Shown one piece after another: positions 47,153 through 58,699 of a stretch of DNA of 64,000 nucleotides; position 1 is the first letter of the stretch, and each line of letters starts with the position of its first letter. The stretch is from an uncultured Planctomycetaceae bacterium. Lineage in GTDB: Bacteria > Planctomycetota > Planctomycetia > Pirellulales > PALSA-1355. The translations under genes and the position numbers were made by a program. The stretch spans positions 1,216,001 through 1,280,000 of the forward strand of contig CAWAUV010000007.1 in the NCBI GenBank assembly GCA_963785305.1, in the 5' to 3' direction. The notes beneath the pieces were generated by a model, which was not told where the DNA came from, did no database searches, and saw only the letters and a program-made list of their open reading frames with translations.

Positions 47153-47914
47153 CTAGGGAAGTTTACCGCCCTCGCCCGGCGGCGAACAGTCTCCGGCCTT
47201 GTCGGCCTTGTCGGCCTCGCTTGGCGTCCCCTTCGGACTCAACGCTCCAGCCGCGCCCGCGCCCAGCCCGCGAGCCCGCAGCCGCGAGGCGCGCGCCGAT
47301 TGCTGGCAAGAGCGCACGCGGCGCTCGAGCTCCTCGACCAGGGCCCGATCGTCGAGCGCGGCGACTTCCTCGACCGAAAGCGCCGGGCCGAATTCGAGAT
47401 GAATCACGGCGGGTCGCGGCAACCGGCGCGAGCGCGGCCAAGCGTCGAACGCGCCGTCGAACCCCACCGGCAAGAGCGGCTGCCGCGCGCGTCGCGCCAG
47501 CGCCACGAAACCGGGCTTGAATGCATGGACTTCGCCATCGGGGGTGCGAGTGCCCTCGGGAAAGATCAGCACCAGATCGTCTTGCTTGAGCCGCCGCAGG
47601 GTTTCCTTGAGCCCGGCCAAGCCCGATCCCTCGCGATCGATCGGAATCGCATCGAACGATTGGATCAGCCAGCGAAACGGAGCGAAGCCAAACAGCGTTT
47701 TTCGCGCCAGATAACTCAACCGTCGATCGCACGCCAAACCGACCAGCACCGGATCGAGATGGCTTTGATGGTTGGCCAGCACGAGCACTCCGCCAGTCTT
47801 GGGCACATGAAACTGGCCGCTCCAGCGCATGCGAAACACGATCACGGCCATGAGCCGCGAAAGGAACCAAACCGCGTCGTACCAGAGTCGCTTACCGAGG
47901 CTGCGTTGTGCCAT
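47153..47914 (-). CDS. plsC: 1-acyl-sn-glycerol-3-phosphate acyltransferase
   Basis: NHQSHLD, FPEGTR, adjacent to cmk. Confidence 0.88.
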   Translation of the reverse strand: MAQRSLGKRLWYDAVWFLSRLMAVIVFRMRWSGQFHVPKTGGVLVLANHQSHLDPVLVGLACDRRLSYLARKTLFGFAPFRWLIQSFDAIPIDREGSGLAGLKETLRRLKQDDLVLIFPEGTRTPDGEVHAFKPGFVALARRARQPLLPVGFDGAFDAWPRSRRLPRPAVIHLEFGPALSVEEVAALDDRALVEELERRVRSCQQSARASRLRARGLGAGAAGALSPKGTPSEADKADKAGDCSPPGEGGKLP

Positions 47915-48028
47915 GCGTGTCCAAACAATCGTGTCCAAAAAAACAATGCGCTCGCCGCGAATCCTCGCGTTTTGATCGCTTCCCCCCTGCCCCGCTCGCG
48001 GCGCGGGCGACTCGCGGGCACGCGCCGG

Positions 48029-48706
48029 TCAAGGCCCCGGGTCGCCGGGCTCAAGACGGCGCCGGGCGTCGCGGACGATCTGCTCGAGCCGGTCCACGAC
48101 TTCGTCGCTCGAAAGGCCATCGGTGCAAAATTCGATCGCGTCGGGCGCCGGCATGAGACGTCCCACGACCCGGCTCGCGTCGCGCCGATCGCGCAGTGTC
48201 TGCCCCGCAAGCACTTCATCGACCGACACCCGCTCGCCGCGCGCGATCAGTTCACGGGCTCGGCGCTCGGCGCGTTCGCGCGGGCTCGCCGTGAGATAAA
48301 TCTTGCAAGCGGCGCGGGGAAAAACGACCGTGCCCTGATCGCGTCCCTCGCACACGATATCGTCATCGCCGGCCACGCGTCGCTGGAGCTCGACCAAGTG
48401 GGCCCGCACTTGTGTATTGTTGGCGGCATAGTGCGTGACGCCGGTGATCGCCTGAGTGCGAATCAGGGTCGTGACATCGCGGCCGTCGATGAGCACGCGA
48501 TCGCCCTCGAGATCGATGCGAATCTCCTTGGCCAGTTCCACTAGCGAATCGGGATCGTCCCAATCGAGCTGCCGCTCGACGGCGGCCAGGGCCACGGCGC
48601 GATACATGGCGCCGGTGTCGAGCAGCCGGAACCCGAGTCGGGCGGCCAGCGCTCGCGCCACGGTGCTCTTGCCCGCGCCGGCGGGTCCATCGATGGTGAC
48701 AATCAT
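48029..48706 (-). CDS. cmk: Cytidylate kinase
   Basis: IDGPAGAGKST, LDTGAMYR, EGRDQGTVVFP. Confidence 0.96.
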   Translation of the reverse strand: MIVTIDGPAGAGKSTVARALAARLGFRLLDTGAMYRAVALAAVERQLDWDDPDSLVELAKEIRIDLEGDRVLIDGRDVTTLIRTQAITGVTHYAANNTQVRAHLVELQRRVAGDDDIVCEGRDQGTVVFPRAACKIYLTASPRERAERRARELIARGERVSVDEVLAGQTLRDRRDASRVVGRLMPAPDAIEFCTDGLSSDEVVDRLEQIVRDARRRLEPGDPGP

Positions 48707-48918
48707 GCGTAGCCCGGCTCGCTCACGAAATTCTGGCGCCTTGGATGTCTCGCGATCACCGTGGCGAGGCCCCTTGAGGACCGCGGCATCCTCGCGCGTT
48801 CGCGCGCGACCCGAGGATTATGCCCTTTGCCGGCCGCGAATTCCAGGTAGCATAAACCGCGAATATCGCCTCGCCTCTCGATTGCGCATGCACCGTTTCC
48901 CTAGTTGGGCGCCGCCAG

Positions 48919-49790
48919 ATGCCCCGAATCGAAATCTCGGATCCGCTCGATCCGCGCCTTGATGCTTACCGGGCGCTCAAGCAAACCAACGCCACGCGCT
49001 GGCGGCAGACGTTCGTCGTCGAGGGAGACCAGCTCGTGGCCCGGCTCGCCGCGAGTGGCCACGAGCTGGTGAGTGTCGTGGCCGACGCAACGCGTCTCGA
49101 AACCTTCTCGGGCCCGCTGCCCGAGACGACGCCGATTTTTGTGTTGCCTCGCCGCGAAATCGAACAGCTCGTGGGATTCAATTTTCATCGCGGCATGTTG
49201 GCGGTGGGCGTCCGGCCGGCGCCGCTCGCTCCCGAGCGGCTCGTCGAAATGATCGGCGCATTGCGTGTACGGCGCGAGCGCAGACCGCGGAGCACATGCA
49301 AGGCGAAAAGCCCGGGCCGGGCAAGCGGCTGATGCTCGTCGTGGCCGCCGGAGTGCAAGACCCCGAGAATCTCGGCTCGCTCCTGCGATCGAGCGCGGCG
49401 TTTGCCGCCGATGGCGTGGTGCTGGCGGGCGCGTGCGCCGATCCGTTTTCACGGCGAGTGTTGCGGGTATCAATGGGCGCGGCGCTCGGCATGCCGCTGG
49501 CCCACGCGCCCGACGCCCCGAGCGCGGTTCGCTCGCTCGAAGCCGATTGCGACATCGAATGCTGGGCCACGGTGCTCGATCCTCGCGCCGAGCCGCTCGA
49601 CAAGCTCGCCCGGCCTTGGCGATTGGCTTTGCTCTTTGGCAACGAAGGTCACGGGCTCGACCCCGCGGGTCAGCATGCTTGCCGGCGCCGAGTCACGATC
49701 GCCATGCCGCCGGGCATCGATTCGCTCAACGTGGCCGTGGCGGCGGGCATTTTTCTATATCATGTGTCGCACATCGCCCGCGACGCATGA
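48919..49790 (+). CDS. TrmH/SpoU-family RNA methyltransferase (frameshift ~49270)
   Basis: QDPENLGSLLRS, RVSMG, FGNEGHGL, DSLNVAVA. Confidence 0.88.
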
Positions 49791-49833
49791 CGCGAGCCAG
49801 CGAGGGACGCGAAAACCGCCGAGGCGCGAGCGG

Positions 49834-50714
49834 CTAGCCGCGGCGCCAGAGGCCGTAAAAATAGTACGCGGCGAGCCCGAAGCCGATCGCCACCACAAGC
49901 TGCCGCACCACCGCGCGGTTCATTCGCCGGGCACTCCTGGCGCCGAGATATCCGCCCGCGATCGCGGCGACGGCCATTGCAATCGCGATCGGCCACACGA
50001 CTTTTCCCTCGACGACAAACACCACGACCGACACGCCGTTGATCACCCCGGCGAGCAGATTCTTCACGGCGTTCATCTCATGGATGTCCTCGAAACCCAT
50101 GAGTCCGAGCGTAGCGAGCATCAAGATTCCGATGCCGGCGCCGAAATAGCCGCCATAGACCGACACGAAAAACTGCATTGTCATCACAAGCGCCAGATTC
50201 TTTGGTCCGGCGAGCGAGTGGCGCGGGCCGCGGCGCCCGAAGGGTCGGCTGCGGAATCGCCCGCCGGGTCGCGATTCGGCTCGCTCGCGGCGTCGGCCCG
50301 CGCGGCGGTCCAGCGGGTGATCCGCGGCTGAAGCGCGAAGAGCAGCGCGGCGCCCAAGATCAGCCACGGCACGAGCGACTGAAACACATCGGCCGGAGCT
50401 TTCACCAGCAAGAGCGACCCCAAGAGCCCGCCCACGAAACTGGGAACCGCGAGCCACCAAGTCCACGCCGGCAACCGCGCGATCTCGGTCCGATAGCCCC
50501 ACGCGCCGGCGAGCGAACCGGGCACGAGCGCCACGGCGCTGGTGGCGTTGGCAAGCACCGCGGCCAGGGCGGCGCCTTCCACGCCGGCGCCCAGCGGAGT
50601 GAGCACTCCCTTGAGCGTGGGAAAGGTGAGCAGCGTGCCGCCGCCAGCCACGGAATTGATAGCCCCGGCCAGAACCGCCGCGAGCGCGAGCGCCAGCCAG
50701 TCCCAGTTTGACAT
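49834..50714 (-). CDS. TauE/SafE sulfite-exporter-family membrane protein (frameshift ~50215)
   Basis: AGAINSVAGGGTLLTFP, ANAT, YGGYFGAGIGI, N..KN. Confidence 0.88.
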
Positions 50715-50742
50715 GCGAATAGGTCTTTCAGTTTATCTCATT

Positions 50743-50787
50743 GCGTAATGCGCCTTTCGGCTTGCTCGCGTAATGCGCCTTTCGGCT
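50743..50787. repeat. 20-bp direct repeat, 25-bp period
   Basis: GCGTAATGCGCCTTTCGGCT at 50743-50762 and 50768-50787. Confidence 0.9.
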
Positions 50788-50905
50788 CCCATGGTGACGA
50801 GCGATTCGCGCAAGCGGCAACGGGCGCCGGCGGCCACCTGCCAGCGCCCGTTGCCGCGGGGGGAACAATAAAAAGTTGCTCGCGGGCCTCCGGCCCAGCA
50901 ATCCA

Positions 50906-53900
50906 TTACGAGCAACCCATGCTGTTGCCACAATTGTGGCACAGATAGCAGTTGCCATTTCGCACCGTGATCGCGCCGCAGTTTTCGCAGGCCGGCGCGT
51001 CGGCCTGGAAGCGAGCGAACTGTTCGGTGCGACTCGAGAGCGACATGGGCCCGCCGTTTTGGTCGACCTTCATGCGCACGCCGGCCCGATCCAAGAGCGC
51101 GGCGCCATCGACCAAAACCTGCCGCTCGCTGGCATGGCCGTTGGCCGTTTTCGAGCCGCCGAGTCCCTGGGTGGGCCCGTGGCCATTCGCGGGCCCGTGG
51201 CCATTCGCGGGCCCGTGGCCATTGATGTGCTGCGTGGCAGCCCGTTTCTCGGCCGCTCCTGGCCCCGCGTTCAGCCCGCCAACCTTCATGGCGGCGGGCT
51301 TGGGCTCTGTTTCCCCGTCCTCCGCCGCAGCTTCGCCCGATGCCTCGCCGCCGGCGGCCGGCGCCTCGACATGGCCCAGCGTAGCCTCGCGATAGCCGGG
51401 CAAGAAACTGAGGCCCATCCAGCGGAAGATATAGTCGACGATACTCTTGGCGATCCGAATATCGGGGTTCTTCGTAAAGCCCATCGGCTCGAAGCGCGTG
51501 TGCGAAAACTTGTTCACATACACTTCCAGCGGCACTCCATATTGCAAGCTCATCGACACGGCCGTGCCGAAGCAATCCATCAGACCGCCGATCGTGCTGC
51601 CTTCCTTGGCCATGGTGATGAAGAGCTCGCCCGGCCGGCCATCGGAATAGAGGCCCACCGTGATGTAGCCTTCGTGGCCGGCCACATTGAACTTATGGGT
51701 CAGCGATTGCCGGGTATCGGCCAGTCGCTCGCGGCGGGGCGTGGCGGCTTGCTTGGCGGCGGCGCGATCGCCTTCGGTCGAAGTGGAAAGCGGTTGGCTT
51801 TCCTTCGAGCCATCGCGATACACGGCCAGCGCCTTGAGCCCCAACCGCCAGCCCTCGACATAGGCGTCGGCGATGTCGGCCGGAGTGGTGTCGCGCGGCA
51901 TGTTGACCGTCTTCGAGATCGCTCCCGAAAGAAACGGCTGGGCCGCGGCCATCATCCGCACATGCGCCCGCCAGGCGATCGAACGCACTCCACCCCGAGG
52001 TTGGAAGGCGCAGTCGAAGACCGGCAAGTGTTCGGGCTTGAGGTCGGCGGCGCCTTCGATCGTGTCTTCGCGATTCACATGGCCGATGATCGCTTCGATC
52101 TTCGCGTCGTCGTAGCCCAGGGTGCGCAAAGCGAGCGGCACGGTTTGATTCACGATCTTGAGCATGCCGCCGCCGGCAAGCTGCTTGTACTTCACCAGGG
52201 CAATGTCCGGCTCGATGCCGGTGGTGTCGCAGTCCATGAGGAAGCTGATCGTGCCGGTGGGGGCGAGCACCGTGGCCTGGGCATTGCGAAATCCGTGTTC
52301 GCGGCCCGCGGCGAGCACTTCGTCCCACAAGCTCTTGCTGGCCCGCTTCAAATACGCCGGACACTCGGCGTCGATCTCGTCGGCGGCTTCCCGATGCATT
52401 TGCATCACGCGGAGCATCGGCTCGCGATTGATCGCATAGCCCTCGAACGGTCCCACGGCGGCGGCCAACTCGGCGCTCGTCAGGTTGGCCGAGCCATGCA
52501 ACAAGGCGGTCATTGCTCCGGCCACTCCGAGCGCGGCGGGCGAATCGTAGGCAATTCCGTTGCTCATCAGCAAACTACCCAGATTCGAATAGCCCAAGCC
52601 CAGCGGGCGGAACCGATGGCTGTTCTCGGCGATTCGCTTCGTGGGGTAGCTCGCGTGGTCGACCAGAATCTCCTGGGCGATAAAGAACACACGGCAGGCC
52701 GCCTTGAAACGATCGACATCGAACGAGCCATCGTCCTGGCGAAACTTCATCAGGTTGATGCTCGCCAGATTGCAGGCCGTGTCGTCGAGAAACATGTACT
52801 CCGAACAGGGATTCGAGGCATTGATCCGGCCCGAGTTCGGGCAGGTGTGCCAGCGGTTGATCGTCGTGTCGTACTGCACTCCCGGATCGCCGCAGCTCCA
52901 GGCGCATTCGGCCATTCGGGCCATCACATCGCGGGCCGGCCAGTTCGGGCCTTGCTTCGCGGGATCGGTCACCCAATGGGTGGCCCACTGCTTGTTTTCA
53001 TGGTAAGCGGCCATGAACTCATCGGTCAGCCGCACCGAGAGATTGGCGTTTTGAAACAAGATCGAGCTATAGGCTTCGCCGTTGAAGTTCGATTCGTAGC
53101 CGCCCTTCTCGATCAGCACCCGGGCCTTCTTCTCCTCTTTGTGCTTGCACTCGATGAACTCCATGATGTCGGGATGCCAGACCTTGAGCGACTGCATCTT
53201 GGCCGCGCGGCGGGTCTTGCCACCGCTTTTGACGACGGCCGCCACTTGATCGTAGACCCGCATGAAGGAGAGGGGTCCCGAGGGTTTGCCGCCACCGGCG
53301 AGCTTTTCGCGATGCGAACGGAGCGTCGAGAGATCGGTGCCGGTGCCGGAGCCGAATTTGAACAACATGGCCTCGCTGCGGGCGAGCTCCATGATGTCTT
53401 CCATGTTGTCTTGCACGCTCTGGATAAAGCAGGCCGAGCCTTGGGGGAATTCGTAGGGATTCTCGGGCTGGCGAACCGTTTGTGATTCGATATCCCAGTG
53501 CCAGTTGCACGACGCGCCGGTGACGCCATAGAGATGCATCAGGCCGACATTGAACCACACCGGCGAGTTGAAGGCGCCATGTTGATGCAGGCAGAGCCAA
53601 GTGAGGTCGCGATAGAAGCGTTCGCCGTCGTCGGCCGAGGCGAAGTATCCGTCTTCGAGCCCCCAGTCGGCGATGGTGCGCGACACGCGATGGATCAGTT
53701 GCTTGACACTGGTTTCCCGCTCCGGCGTGTCGATTTCGCCGTAGAAGTATTTGCTCACCACGACATTCGTGGCCAGTTGGCTCCAGCTTTTGGGAATCTC
53801 GCAGTTCGTTTGCTCGAAGAGCAGCTCGCCCGCCTCGCCCTTGATGGCGGCGGTGCGATAATCCCACTCGACGGTATCGAACGGATCGGCGAATTCCGGC

Positions 53901-54009
53901 GGGCAGAAGGTCGCGTGTACTTCAAGTCCGCGACCGCCGCGGGCCTGAAATTTACGCGACTTTCCGGCGCTGTGCGCTCGTGTTTCGTTTCCACCCCTAG
54001 GCTTGCCAT
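50906..54009 (-). CDS. nrdJ: Class II (adenosylcobalamin-dependent) ribonucleotide reductase with TSCPD domain (frameshift ~53900)
   Basis: FNSPVWFN, SACFI, NPCSE, ACNLAS, APTGTI, SGAISKTVN, YRDGSK, and C-terminal CENC...CHNC Zn ribbon. Confidence 0.95.
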
Positions 54010-54167
54010 GTGAAAAGTCTCCTTACCGTGGCTAGTAGACATGCTATCCGATTTCTATACATGCGTACAGTAGCATCTGCTCGATCCGGCGGTCGACTGA
54101 AGGCAAACCGAAGAAAACGCCGCCTAGAGAGTGGCCAGCCCGGCGCCAGTTAAAATGGGCGAACGAG

Positions 54168-54214
54168 CCACTATATATAGTATTCAGTGGCGATACAGAT
54201 ACAACATGCAGCAG
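54168..54214. promoter_or_regulatory. Tandem NrdR boxes upstream of nrdJ
   Basis: CCACTATATATAGTAT (54168-54183) and weaker ATACAACATGCAGCAG (54199-54214), 31 bp apart. This fits the acaCwAtATaTwGtgt consensus and usual spacing. Confidence 0.8.
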
Positions 54215-54534
54215 TTCGAGCAGTTTAACGCCTTTTAAACAGACGTCAATCGCATGGAAACCTGTCGGTGGAAGTTCTTTTCCGGCCAGTGTTTGCAGCG
54301 GAATTTCGCTGGCGCCAGCAAGCTAGCACGATCGGCCATGAATTCGGTTGTGTTTTGATTTCACTCGGAAAAACCCCCGCTTTTTGGAAATCCGACGTTG
54401 GAGACATGCCTGGGGCGAGACTCCGAAAAAAACTTTTCCCCGCTGATGGCAATCCGCCGCCACGTCGCACGCCGCTGAAGTTAATTTCCACCGCCGGTTT
54501 TTCCGGCTCTTCCGTTTTTGAGTGTGGGCTGTCG

Positions 54535-54677
54535 CTGGACGTGTATTACGCTGGGCGGATCACGGAAGCCCTCGCTGACGCTTCGGGTTATGAGGGGAAC
54601 GCCCTCCGATCACAACCCGACGCGTCAGCGAGGGTCTGCTGCGCAAAGCGAGATTTTTCGCCGAGCAACGCACATGA
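54535..54677. repeat. REP-doublet/MITE-like dispersed repeat, copy 2
   Basis: Arms 54569-54589 and 54614-54634. Reverse complement of 22004-22144. Confidence 0.85.
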
Positions 54678-54707
54678 AGACGAAAGAACCGGTTTTCCGT
54701 CGGCTGA

Positions 54708-54827
54708 AAGTACCGCCGGGTCCGCTTCGACGACCTGATGGCTTACAAGCGTCGCGACGGCGAGGCGCGGCTCAAGGTACTCGACCAGCTCACGCCCGAA
54801 GCCGAGGAGCAGGGAATGGGCTACTGA
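54708..54827 (+). pseudogene. C-terminal remnant of an excisionase-family (HTH_17) DNA-binding protein
   Basis: KYRRVRFDDLMAYKRRDGEARLKVLDQLTPEAEEQGMGY* with no N-terminus. Confidence 0.7.
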
Positions 54828-54842
54828 TGGACCTTCGGACTA

Positions 54843-56072
54843 GTGCTCTGTCAGGTCTGGTATGAGGGATAGAGTCGCTTAAGTTTTACCCGGGCGTCGG
54901 CGGTGGTGAATCGCCAATCGATTTTGCTGCAATTCTGGTTGCGTTGCTGTTCCCAGGCCACCACTTCTCGGCTCAGTAGCGATTTGCTTTCGATGCGGCG
55001 GTCGAGGCATTGTCGCGAAAGCACGCTCAGTTCGGTTTCCGCCATGTTGAGCCAACTGCCGTGCTTGGGAGTGTAGTGAATCTCCAGCCGCGCGGCCAAG
55101 GCGCGGGCCGTCTCCGGATCAAAGGCTTCATACAAGCTGGCGATGCCGTGGGTATTCAGATTGTCCATGACCAGCACCAGCACCGTTGCCTTGGCATACA
55201 CGGTCAGTAGCAAGTAGCGAATGAATCGAGCCCAATCGGTGCGCGTCCGTTGATCGGTGACTTGCACCGTGCGTTGGCCCGCCAGCGGTTCGACGGCCAT
55301 AAAGATGTTCGCCGTGCCACGGCGTTCGTATTCACTGTCGAATTTGGCAACGTCTCCGGGACGCGGTGGCAGCGGATCGCGGACTTCGGCCACCAACTGC
55401 TTGCTGCATTCATCCATGCAGACCATTGGCCGGCTGGGATCCTGGGGGCGATGGTACACTTCCAACACATCTTCCATCGCGGCCACGAATTCAGCCGATG
55501 GCCCACTGGGCAAGCACCAGCCCTTCTTCAACCACGGCTTAAGTTCGTTTTTTTGAGCGTTTGCCGCACGGTCTCGTAAGAGACGTGCTCCACGTAATCC
55601 AGCGTCACCATGCGATCCGCCAACAGCCGCAACGTCCAGCGTGCTCGGCCTTGCGGCGGAGCGCCGCAGGCCAAAGCCACCAGATGCGCCTCCGCCTTGC
55701 CATCAAGCAGAGGCTGGTAAACTCGCTTTCGAGGCGGGGGATCGACCGCGATTTCAAGTCCCTCTTCGACGAACCGTTTCCGCAGCCGCTCCACGGTGGC
55801 CCGCCCGCATCCCAACGCCTCGACAATCTCCGGATCGGATTTGGCAGGTCCGCCATCCGATTGATCCGCCAGCAACAACATGCGAGCCCGATTCAACTTT
55901 TGCGCGGCGCCCTTGCCCGTCGAAACCAACTTCCGCAATCCCCGCCGCTCATCCTCCGTCAACGTCACCCGATAAAACTTTTCCATGGCGCCCTCCTTGG
56001 CATCGGAACATCGATCTTTCAACCAACCACGCCTAAAGAGTACCATCCATCGTGCCGTTGCTGACAGAGCAC
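54843..56072 (-). mobile_element. Complete IS630-family element, 1230 bp
   Basis: Terminal inverted repeats GTGCTCTGTCAG / CTGACAGAGCAC and duplicated TA (54841-54842, 56073-56074) at a CTAG site. Confidence 0.95.
54851..55986 (-). CDS. IS630 transposase, two ORFs joined at an A7C slippery site (~55547-55555)
   Basis: HTH ORF 55528-55986 (RWTLRLLA) and DDE ORF (MDE, MDNLNTH, PKHGSWLNMAE). Confidence 0.93.
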
Positions 56073-56080
56073 TAGATACC

Positions 56081-56170
56081 CTAGAATCTATCCGGCAACT
56101 CCCCCCTCTCCCTTTGGGAGAGGGTGAGGGTAGGGTGAGGGGCTCGCCGAGCTTCTCGGATAGGTTGTTA
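56081..56170. repeat. CCCTCTCCC...GGGAGAGGG repeat family copy
   Basis: CTATCCG...CGGATAG ends. Reverse complement of 60468-60540. Confidence 0.8.
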
Positions 56171-56197
56171 ACCAGGGCGTCCGGAACGGAGGTTCGA

Positions 56198-57013
56198 GTG
56201 GAATCCATCACCGAACGAAATCCTCGGATCGATCCGCGACTCGAATCGTACAACACGTTCTTCGACCACGTGTGGGCAAAAGATATTTACGACCTCGTTC
56301 GAGGCACGGCGATCGACGAGCCGGTATTCGATTTGACGCTAAGCTGGCGGGCAATAGCGAATGCGCATCGGATGCCGTTCACGACGATGAAAATGCTTCA
56401 GTCATTAGCGTCGGGAGCATTATTCGGGCAACCCTCGGCAAAGCTCCTCGGGTTGATACGTCAACGGCTTTTGCGGGAATTGCCTGACATGAGGGATCGA
56501 CTCAATTTAGCGATATTGAAGATCGGCAACGATATCGGCGACATCAACGCGAGCAGCAAGAATGACTTTGATGACGCCCGTCTATGGGACCGTCTCATCG
56601 AATCGAAGGAGGGCAACGAATTTCAACTGGCAATCTGGGGCACTCAACGACTTTGCTATCCAGCCTTGTACCATGCTTACGAGAACTTTCTTCGAGACGT
56701 GATGAGCGTGCGAACAGCCGATCCGAACTACAGGATTCTCCGTTATGAAAAGTTTCTCAAGGATGCGGTGGCAAATCTCGGACAGGCAATCGTCGACGAA
56801 TGTTTGACTGATCCAGCGGTGACGCTGGCACGGCTCGTACGCAACGCATTTGCTCATAAGGGTGGCAGATTGACGAAGGAACTTCGTGAACTGAAAACCT
56901 TTCCTTTTCAGATCGAAGACGACACGATCCAGATTACGGCTCCCGACACAACCAGCCTATTCAACTTGCTGAAGGTGCGAGTTCGGAAGCTCGCCGAGGT
57001 CGCAATTGCGTAG
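56198..57013 (+). CDS. Hypothetical protein with HEPN-like RxxxxH motif
   Basis: GGAGG then GTG 56198, 271 aa, lower GC than its neighbours. YHAYENFL helix and RNAFAHKGG. Confidence 0.65.
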   Translation: MESITERNPRIDPRLESYNTFFDHVWAKDIYDLVRGTAIDEPVFDLTLSWRAIANAHRMPFTTMKMLQSLASGALFGQPSAKLLGLIRQRLLRELPDMRDRLNLAILKIGNDIGDINASSKNDFDDARLWDRLIESKEGNEFQLAIWGTQRLCYPALYHAYENFLRDVMSVRTADPNYRILRYEKFLKDAVANLGQAIVDECLTDPAVTLARLVRNAFAHKGGRLTKELRELKTFPFQIEDDTIQITAPDTTSLFNLLKVRVRKLAEVAIA

Positions 57014-57257
57014 CTGCCGCTGGCCGCCATTCCGCGGCAGCGTCCAGAGCGAATAATAAGGCTCCGCATCAGGTCTCCGGCCCGTGGGGAATATTTTATC
57101 GTGGGCCGGTTCGAGGTATAACTGGGGCAGTTTGTTCAAGCCCCGATCCTGGTGGCGGCCTCCGCCGCGCGGCCTTCCGCGTGATCCCAATGCGATGTCG
57201 TCGCGCGGCTCGTCCCAGCACGGGCGTCGTCTTTTCCATGCGCCGAGAGATTTTTTT

Positions 57258-58596
57258 ATGGCTCGCCTTTTCTCGCGATCGGTTCGATCATCGGCCTCGG
57301 CGATCTTGTCGCGGGCGGCGATTCCGCTGTTCTCCGCTTTGCTCCTGGCGGGCTGCGCGAAAGTCGAGCCCGATGTTGCCCAAGACGATAGCTCGCAAGA
57401 TGAAATCGACGATCGGGCGACGCGTGGCGAGCGTGCCCGCGATGGCGGGGTCGTGAAGGTCTCCGTTGACGAACCTCTCGACGAACACGATCCCGAAAAC
57501 GCTCCTTATTACGAATTTGCCCGCCGACTGGAAAAAAACATCGTCGAGGGCGACTTGCAATCCGCCGGCGCCGCCTTCGATTTTCAGGCGTTGCTTGCCA
57601 AGAGCGAAGCCGGACTGAATCTGGATAAGGAATTCAAGCAAGGATTCAACGAGGGAGTGCTGTCCAAATTGACGGCTGGCGACGGATTGCTCGCCGCCAT
57701 CGCCAAGGGGAACTACCACCTGCTCAGGCTCATCTCCAAGGGCGCCCAACGCCGCGCGCTGTTTCGATTGATCACCGACGACGGAGTTAATTATCACGAG
57801 CTGATTTTGAACAAGGACCCGGCCGGGGCGATTCATGCAACGGACATCTATGTCCACGCGCAAGGCGAACTGCTTTCGAAAACGTTTCGGGGGATGCTGC
57901 TCCAAGGCGCCGGGAAACGCGCTTAAAGGTTTGTTTTCCTTTTTCAAGCAACCCAACGCGTTCGAGAAAGGTTTGCCTCTGCTCGGGGAGATGAGAAACG
58001 CCCTGGCGAATGGCCAAGAGCGGGAAGCGCTCGCCATTTATGATCGCATGCCCCCGGAAATGCAGCGCTCCACGGCCGTGATGGTGTTGCGAGCCATGGC
58101 CGCCGAGAAAGTCGGCGAGGCGGAATACCAGCAAGCCTATGAGGACTTCGTCAAATACCATCCGCGCAATTCGGCGATCGATTTGCTGGGAATCGACTTC
58201 CATGTGAATAAGAAACAATTCGCCGAAGCTCGGCGGTCGATCGATCGCATCGATGCGCGCGTCGCCGATCCGTACCTGGACTTCCTGCGCGGCAGCATCT
58301 TCATCATGGAAAAACAATGGGACGAGGCTTCCCAGCGCGTCGAGCGAGCGATCGAGCGTGAACCGACGCTTCTGCCGCCCTATTGGGTGCGCATGACGAT
58401 CGCGCTCGAGCGGCAAGACTTCGCAGCGGCGCGCTCGGGACTGCTCGCGATCGAATTCGAGCGGGGCGTTCCCGTGGGCGATTTAACGACCGCGCCGCTG
58501 TATGAGCCATTCGTCGCCTCGCCCGAGTTCGCGCGCTGGGAATCGGAACGCGCCACCCGCCGGGCCCAGGCAGAAGCTTCGCCCGCCGAGAAATAA
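57258..58596 (+). CDS. Lipoprotein with TPR-like repeats (frameshift ~57910)
   Basis: LLAGC lipobox and helical repeats (A..AIEREP). Confidence 0.7.
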
Positions 58597-58699
58597 ATGG
58601 TTCGCCGGAGCTGGGCTCGCTGGCCCAAAGGCGATTACTTCGCGCGGAGCGGTGGAATGCGGATATTTTTCCGTTTTCACGCGAGCTCGATCGGCAATG

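Noticed and set aside
50876..53485. 869-aa plus-strand ORF opposite nrdJ, and similar long shadow ORFs opposite rho, glnD, DUF1570 and the TolB-like gene
   Set aside because: Antisense frames stay open in GC-rich coding DNA, and the products have no recognisable motifs.
54010..54530. Cobalamin riboswitch upstream of nrdJ (or pduO)
   Set aside because: No B12-box or GGGAA...GCCACTG pattern is visible. NrdR boxes explain the regulation.
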